Below, in pieces: positions 53,438-57,759 of a DNA stretch of 57,759 nt. The number at the start of each line of letters is the position of its first letter. Position 1 is the first letter of the stretch. Source of the DNA: Candidatus Binatia bacterium. Its GTDB lineage: Bacteria; Desulfobacterota; Binatia; UBA9968. Below the pieces are notes generated by a model, which saw nothing but the letters and a program-made list of their open reading frames with translations, searched no databases and was not told where the DNA came from. A program made the translations under genes and the position numbers. Where the stretch lies: positions 1 to 57,759 of the forward strand of contig JBGQBP010000001.1 in the NCBI GenBank assembly GCA_041494945.1, in the 5' to 3' direction.

Positions 53438-54709
53438 TCACGCCTTCTTCGGAATCTTGAGCTGCTGGCCGATGGCGAGACGATGGGCGTTGCTCATGCC
53501 GTTAGCTTGCTGGATCGAGCCGATCGAGACTCGATAGTTGCGGGCGATCTTGGAGAGGGTTTCGCCGGGGGCGACGTGATGGAGAACCCAATTGAGTGAA
53601 GTTTTCGAAGCCGCGACGATGGTGGCCGCGGCGGGCGATGAGCCGACGATTCTTTTATACGCGGCAATGAGACTCTCGAGCTTGTCGGGCGGCGCCTTGA
53701 CGCGGTAGCCTCCGGGGAGGTCTTTGACCTTGGAGCTCACCGCCGGGTTCCATTCGAGAAATTGCGCGTGGGAAATATCGGTCGGCTTGAGCAAGGCCGT
53801 GATCGAGACGTTCCGCCCCACAGTCAGCTCTTCGAGCGTCAACGGAGAGTGATACTCCAGGGTCGGAAAAAATTCTCCGCTTCTCCGCGCCACGTCCACC
53901 GCGGCTAAAAACTCCGTGTAGAAGCTCTTGGAAGCAAACCCAAACGACGGGCCCTGGTAGCGCTGAATGATATCGACCAGGTTGCTGGAGCCCACGTCGG
54001 AGACGGCCCGCAGCATCCCTTCCCGGCCATGATTATAAGCGGTGAGCGCCAACGGCCAGTTGCCCAGAGCCTCGTAGTTTTGCTTCAAGAACCGCGCGGC
54101 GGCGCGGGTCGATTCGATCGGATCTCTCCGCTCGTCCAAGGTGGGACCGACGCGCATGAATTTCTTTCCCGTGGAAGGCATGAACTGCCACATCCCTAAA
54201 GCGCCCACACTGGAGCGGGCGTTGAGATTGAAAGAGGATTCCACGAGAGGCAAATACGCGATTTGTTCCGGCACCCCTTCTTCGCGCATGATTTTCTGCA
54301 TCTGATCGAGATAGCGCCGCGAGAGCGCGAGCCCGGCAGCATAGCGTTCTTTGACGCCTCGCTGCGCCCTTACCCGCTCTTCGGCCACCGCAAACCCTTC
54401 CGCCTGGCCGATCGCGTCGATCTCCTGCTTGATGAGCTTGCGCGCGTTGCTGTTGTCGTCGATATTGACGACTTTGTAGATTTTCAGCGGATCTTGCCGG
54501 TCGTGAAAGATGACCTCCCCGGTGCCGTAACGCGTGAATACGAGCCGCCAAAATTCCACCGCGTTCTCCAATCCGGGGAGCACGGGGAAAGCATCCTCTT
54601 GCGCCGACAACGCGCCGGGCCGCCCAAGGCAGACCGAGAGCGCCAGAGCCGAGAACAGGCAGACGAGCAGTTTTGCGGATCGGTGGTTAGCCATATAAAA
54701 TTGACGCAT
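53438..54709 (-). CDS. MltD-like lytic transglycosylase with a C-terminal LysM domain; start 54709 or 54694
   Basis: SLT core VESSFNLNARSSVGALGMWQFMPSTG...AYNHG. LysM HHVAPGETLSKIARNYRVSIGSIQQANGM...LAIGQQLKIP. Confidence 0.85.
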   Translation of the reverse strand: MRQFYMANHRSAKLLVCLFSALALSVCLGRPGALSAQEDAFPVLPGLENAVEFWRLVFTRYGTGEVIFHDRQDPLKIYKVVNIDDNSNARKLIKQEIDAIGQAEGFAVAEERVRAQRGVKERYAAGLALSRRYLDQMQKIMREEGVPEQIAYLPLVESSFNLNARSSVGALGMWQFMPSTGKKFMRVGPTLDERRDPIESTRAAARFLKQNYEALGNWPLALTAYNHGREGMLRAVSDVGSSNLVDIIQRYQGPSFGFASKSFYTEFLAAVDVARRSGEFFPTLEYHSPLTLEELTVGRNVSITALLKPTDISHAQFLEWNPAVSSKVKDLPGGYRVKAPPDKLESLIAAYKRIVGSSPAAATIVAASKTSLNWVLHHVAPGETLSKIARNYRVSIGSIQQANGMSNAHRLAIGQQLKIPKKA

Positions 54710-54724
54710 TGTACCAAAAGAGCT

Positions 54725-56314
54725 ATGGTGCTGTCAAAGTACATTCCTCGTAAAGTGAATCTTAAAATCCCCTTCCTCCTTATTTTCCTTTGCCCGGCGG
54801 CGCTTTTGTGCGCCTGCCGCAGGTCCGCAGAATCCGAGCGGCTCCCCAATACCCTGGTCGTAGCCCTGGAGAGCGGCCCGACCCACCTCGACCCGCGCTA
54901 TGCGATGGACGCGGATTCGGAGCGCATCAGCGCGCTCATCTTCAATTCCCTCGTCAGGCCCGATAAAAACTCCCGCCTTGAACTTGAGCTGGCCGAAAGC
55001 TGGCAGGCGATCGACGAGCGCACCTACGTCTTTCAAATACGAAAGGGAGTCTCTTTTCACAACGGCAAACCTCTTACGGCGGCGGACGTGAAATACACTT
55101 ACGAATCCGTGCTCGATCCAACCAACCGTTCTCCCAAGCGCGGCGCGTTTAGGTTTCTCGAAGGCGTGGACCAGCTCGGCCCGTATGAGGTGCGCTTTCG
55201 CCTGGCGATTCCTTTCGCGCCTTTTATGGAAGAGCTCACTTTAGGCATAGTCCCGGAAGCGACCGCGGCGGATGGCGCAGCCGGCGGATGGACTTTAATC
55301 GGTTCGGGCCCGTTCAAGCTGGCGGAATTCTCTCCGGGGGAAAGAGTCGTTCTCAAAGCCAACGCTTCCTATTGGGAGGGAGCGCCGCCGCTCTCCGGCA
55401 TGGTATTCAAGATCATCCCCGACGCCATCGTGCGCGTGCTGGAATTTAGAAAAGGCACCGTCGATTTTATCCAGAACTACTTCGAGCCCGACATGCTTTC
55501 GTGGATGAAAAAAAATACCCGGGCCGCGATCTTGAGCGAGCAAGGAAATATTTTCCAGTACATCGCGATGAATCTCGATCACCCTATTTTGAGACGGCGG
55601 GAGGTCCGCGAGGCGATCGGCCATGCGATCGATCGCGAGGCGATCATCCGCAACATCCTCAAGGGCCTGGCCATTCCCGCGACCGGCCTGCTCTCGCCCG
55701 AGCATTGGGCCTACGAGCCCGGCGTCAAACGTCTCGAATACAATCCCGAAGAAGCCAAGAGGCTGTTGGACCAGGCCGGCTTTCCCGATCCCGACGGCGA
55801 CGGCCCGCTCGCGCGCTTCAAGCTCTCTTACAAGACCACCACGCTTGACCTGAGAAAGAGAATCGCCGAGGCGTTGAAAGAGCAGCTCGCGCGGGTCGGC
55901 ATCGAGTTGGAAGTGCGCGCGTTCGAATGGGGAACTTTTTACGGCGACATCGGCAAGGGCAACTTTCACACCTATTCGCTCGACTGGGTCGGCACGAAGG
56001 ACCCCGACATTTACTACGATCTGTTCCATTCGAGCAGCGTGCCTCCCAACGGGCGCAATCGTGGCCGCTACCGCAATCAGGAATTGGACGCGTTGCTGGA
56101 GCGCGGGAGGCGGACTACGATCCTGGACGAGCGCAAACGCATCTACGGCCGGGTGCAAGAGATTCTCGCGGACGATCTGCCGTACATCCCGCTCTGGTGG
56201 GGAAAGAACGTCGCCGTCATGCAGCCCGCCGTCCGGAACTTCGATCTTTATCCGGACGGCAAGTTGATCTCGCTTAAGAAGGTCTCGTTATCTTCTGCGA
56301 AGCCCGCGTCGTGA
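54725..56314 (+). CDS. family 5 (Opp/Dpp-type) ABC substrate-binding lipoprotein
   Basis: ATG at 54725 within ORF 54263..56314. Lipobox LLCAC. ...LVVALESGPTHLDP...ELAESW...TYVFQIRKGVSFHNGKPLTAADVKYT. Confidence 0.85.
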   Translation: MVLSKYIPRKVNLKIPFLLIFLCPAALLCACRRSAESERLPNTLVVALESGPTHLDPRYAMDADSERISALIFNSLVRPDKNSRLELELAESWQAIDERTYVFQIRKGVSFHNGKPLTAADVKYTYESVLDPTNRSPKRGAFRFLEGVDQLGPYEVRFRLAIPFAPFMEELTLGIVPEATAADGAAGGWTLIGSGPFKLAEFSPGERVVLKANASYWEGAPPLSGMVFKIIPDAIVRVLEFRKGTVDFIQNYFEPDMLSWMKKNTRAAILSEQGNIFQYIAMNLDHPILRRREVREAIGHAIDREAIIRNILKGLAIPATGLLSPEHWAYEPGVKRLEYNPEEAKRLLDQAGFPDPDGDGPLARFKLSYKTTTLDLRKRIAEALKEQLARVGIELEVRAFEWGTFYGDIGKGNFHTYSLDWVGTKDPDIYYDLFHSSSVPPNGRNRGRYRNQELDALLERGRRTTILDERKRIYGRVQEILADDLPYIPLWWGKNVAVMQPAVRNFDLYPDGKLISLKKVSLSSAKPAS

Positions 56315-57234
56315 AGCGCTACCTGCTCCATCGCCTGCTTTTGCTTTTCCCCACGCTGCTCGGGACGGTGACGGTGGTATTTCTCCTGATCCACGCGGTC
56401 CCCGGCGATCCCGTGGAGGTGATGTTGGGAGAAACTGCGGCCAGCGTCGACAAAGAGTCGCTGCGCCGGGAGCTGGGATTGGATCAGCCGCTCGCGCGCC
56501 AATACCTCCATTTTCTGGCCGGACTCGCTACGGCGGATCTTGGACGATCGCTTTATAACCAGGCGACCGTGAGCAAATTAATTTTGAGGCGCCTGCCCGC
56601 CACTCTCGAGCTGACGCTTGGCGCCATGACCGTCGCGTTTCTGCTGGCTTTTCCTCTGGGAATTTTAGCAGCGGCGCGGCGCGACTCCTGGATCGATCGC
56701 GGCGCGCTCTTCTTTTCGCTTTTCGGCATGGCGATGCCGAACTTCTGGCTGGGCCCGCTGCTGATGATTTTTTTCTCGATCGAGCTGGGCTGGTTGCCGG
56801 TCTCCGGCCGCGGCGGCGTCGCTCATCTGATCCTCCCCGCACTGACGCTCGGCATGGCGATGGCGGCAATTCTAACCCGTATGATCCGCTCGGGCTTGCT
56901 CCGGACGATCCACGAAGATTATATCCGAACGGCGCGCGCCAAAGGCTTGAGCGAGCGCCGCATCTGGCTCAAGCACGCGCTCATGAACTCGCTCATCTCC
57001 GTCATCACCATCGTCGGACTCCAGTTCGGCTCGCTGCTCGCCGGCTCGATCATCACGGAGTCGATTTTCAGTTGGCCGGGAATCGGCCGGCTCACGCTGC
57101 TGGCGATCCAGACGCGCGACTATCCTCTCGTCCAGGGTTGCGTTCTCGTGATCGCCGTTGCTTACCTGGCCGTCAATCTGCTCGCGGATATCTGTTATCG
57201 TCTGGCGGACCCGAGAATCGCCTATGACAAGTAG
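56311..57234 (+). CDS. ABC transporter permease (DppB/OppB-like)
   Basis: GTGA overlap with the SBP stop. 307 aa. Typical N-terminus YLLHRLLLLFPTLLGTVTVVFLLIHAVPGDP and an EAA loop. Confidence 0.88.
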   Translation: MKRYLLHRLLLLFPTLLGTVTVVFLLIHAVPGDPVEVMLGETAASVDKESLRRELGLDQPLARQYLHFLAGLATADLGRSLYNQATVSKLILRRLPATLELTLGAMTVAFLLAFPLGILAAARRDSWIDRGALFFSLFGMAMPNFWLGPLLMIFFSIELGWLPVSGRGGVAHLILPALTLGMAMAAILTRMIRSGLLRTIHEDYIRTARAKGLSERRIWLKHALMNSLISVITIVGLQFGSLLAGSIITESIFSWPGIGRLTLLAIQTRDYPLVQGCVLVIAVAYLAVNLLADICYRLADPRIAYDK

Positions 57235-57759
57235 AGCGATTGTTTTCATCGGCGCCGCGATTCTCATCGCTCTCGTCTGCATGGCGGCGCTCGCGCCGGC
57301 TATAGCGCCGTACAATCCGAGCGAACAAAATTTAGAAAACGATCTCACCGGCTCGTCGCGAGATCATCCGCTGGGCACCGACAAACTCGGCCGCGACGTG
57401 CTGAGCCGCATCATCTATGGCAGCCGCATCTCGCTCATGGTCGGAACCACCACGGTGACAATTTCACTCTTGATCGGATTGATGGTCGGTTCCGTGTCCG
57501 GTTACTTCGGCGGCTGGGTGGACCAATCGCTCATGCGCCTCGTGGACGTGCTGCTGGCGTTTCCCGGCATCCTGCTCGCCATCGCGTTTACCGCCGTCCT
57601 CGGTCCGGGCTTGGACCACGTCGTCCTGGCGCTGAGCCTGATCGGCTGGACCGGCTACGCCCGTCTCGTGCGCGGCGAAATCCTGGCGCTGAGAGAAAAG
57701 GAATTCATCCAGGCGGCGCTGGCTCTCGGCGCCTCGCCAGCGCGCGTCATCGGGCTTCA
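57224..57759 (+). CDS. ABC transporter permease (DppC/OppC-like); 3' end runs off the window
   Basis: Translated by hand: MTSRAIVFIGAAILIALVCMAALAPAIAPYNP...HPLGTDKLGRDVLSRIIYGSRISL...GWTGYARLVRGEILALREKEFIQAA. Confidence 0.85.
   Translation, partial: MTSRAIVFIGAAILIALVCMAALAPAIAPYNPSEQNLENDLTGSSRDHPLGTDKLGRDVLSRIIYGSRISLMVGTTTVTISLLIGLMVGSVSGYFGGWVDQSLMRLVDVLLAFPGILLAIAFTAVLGPGLDHVVLALSLIGWTGYARLVRGEILALREKEFIQAALALGASPARVIGL

Noticed and set aside
54263-54724. N-terminal 154-codon extension of the OppA-like ORF
   Set aside because: It overlaps mltD in antisense and precedes a clear start with signal peptide and lipobox at 54725.

Overview
This is a 57.8-kb chromosomal fragment from a roughly 60% GC bacterium (GC judged by eye, not computed). 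The many NMT1-type and ABC_sub_bind solute-binding proteins and the heptamer-periodic intergenic repeats suggest an uncultured soil or sediment lineage, but that is a guess. Positions 1-40.6 kb and 53.4-57.8 kb look like ordinary core genome. They carry lgt, dtd, trmL, a NEW3/ABC-2 exporter set, a UbiD decarboxylase, coxG/M/S-like genes without a Mo subunit, rpoH, rpoZ, several ABC and TRAP uptake systems, an SBP-kinase-regulator set, a periplasmic redox cluster, a repeat-rich surface protein, the ccsA-hemA-hemC-hemD-hemB operon, an MltD-like transglycosylase and an Opp/Dpp-type transporter. The main finding is a visibly lower-GC accessory island at about 40.6-53.3 kb, between the hem operon and mltD. 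Three direct repeats of the 3' end of a type I hsdM gene, plus a shared junction module, divide it into cassettes. One cassette is an HTH/GAF-kinase/REC set. Another holds an orphan secreted protein, a RelE/Phd toxin-antitoxin pair and small ORFs. The last holds a 1663-aa SF1 (Upf1-like) helicase fused to a Vsr/DUF559-type nuclease, which sits exactly between a truncated hsdR 5' end and an hsdM 3' remnant. This gene is the best candidate for a poorly characterised or novel defence gene. Three other observations stand out. A peroxiredoxin split by the ORF track has an in-frame TGA at the catalytic Cys position with a downstream hairpin, so it is a probable selenoprotein. Heptamer-periodic intergenic repeats occur at three loci, and one of them forms a 90-nt palindrome that fills the hemA-hemC spacer. 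A beta-propeller gene 3' end is duplicated next to an inserted SBP gene. No rRNA, intact tRNA, CRISPR array, transposase or integrase was seen. Many long ORFs in the track are antisense shadow ORFs of GC-rich genes and were not called.
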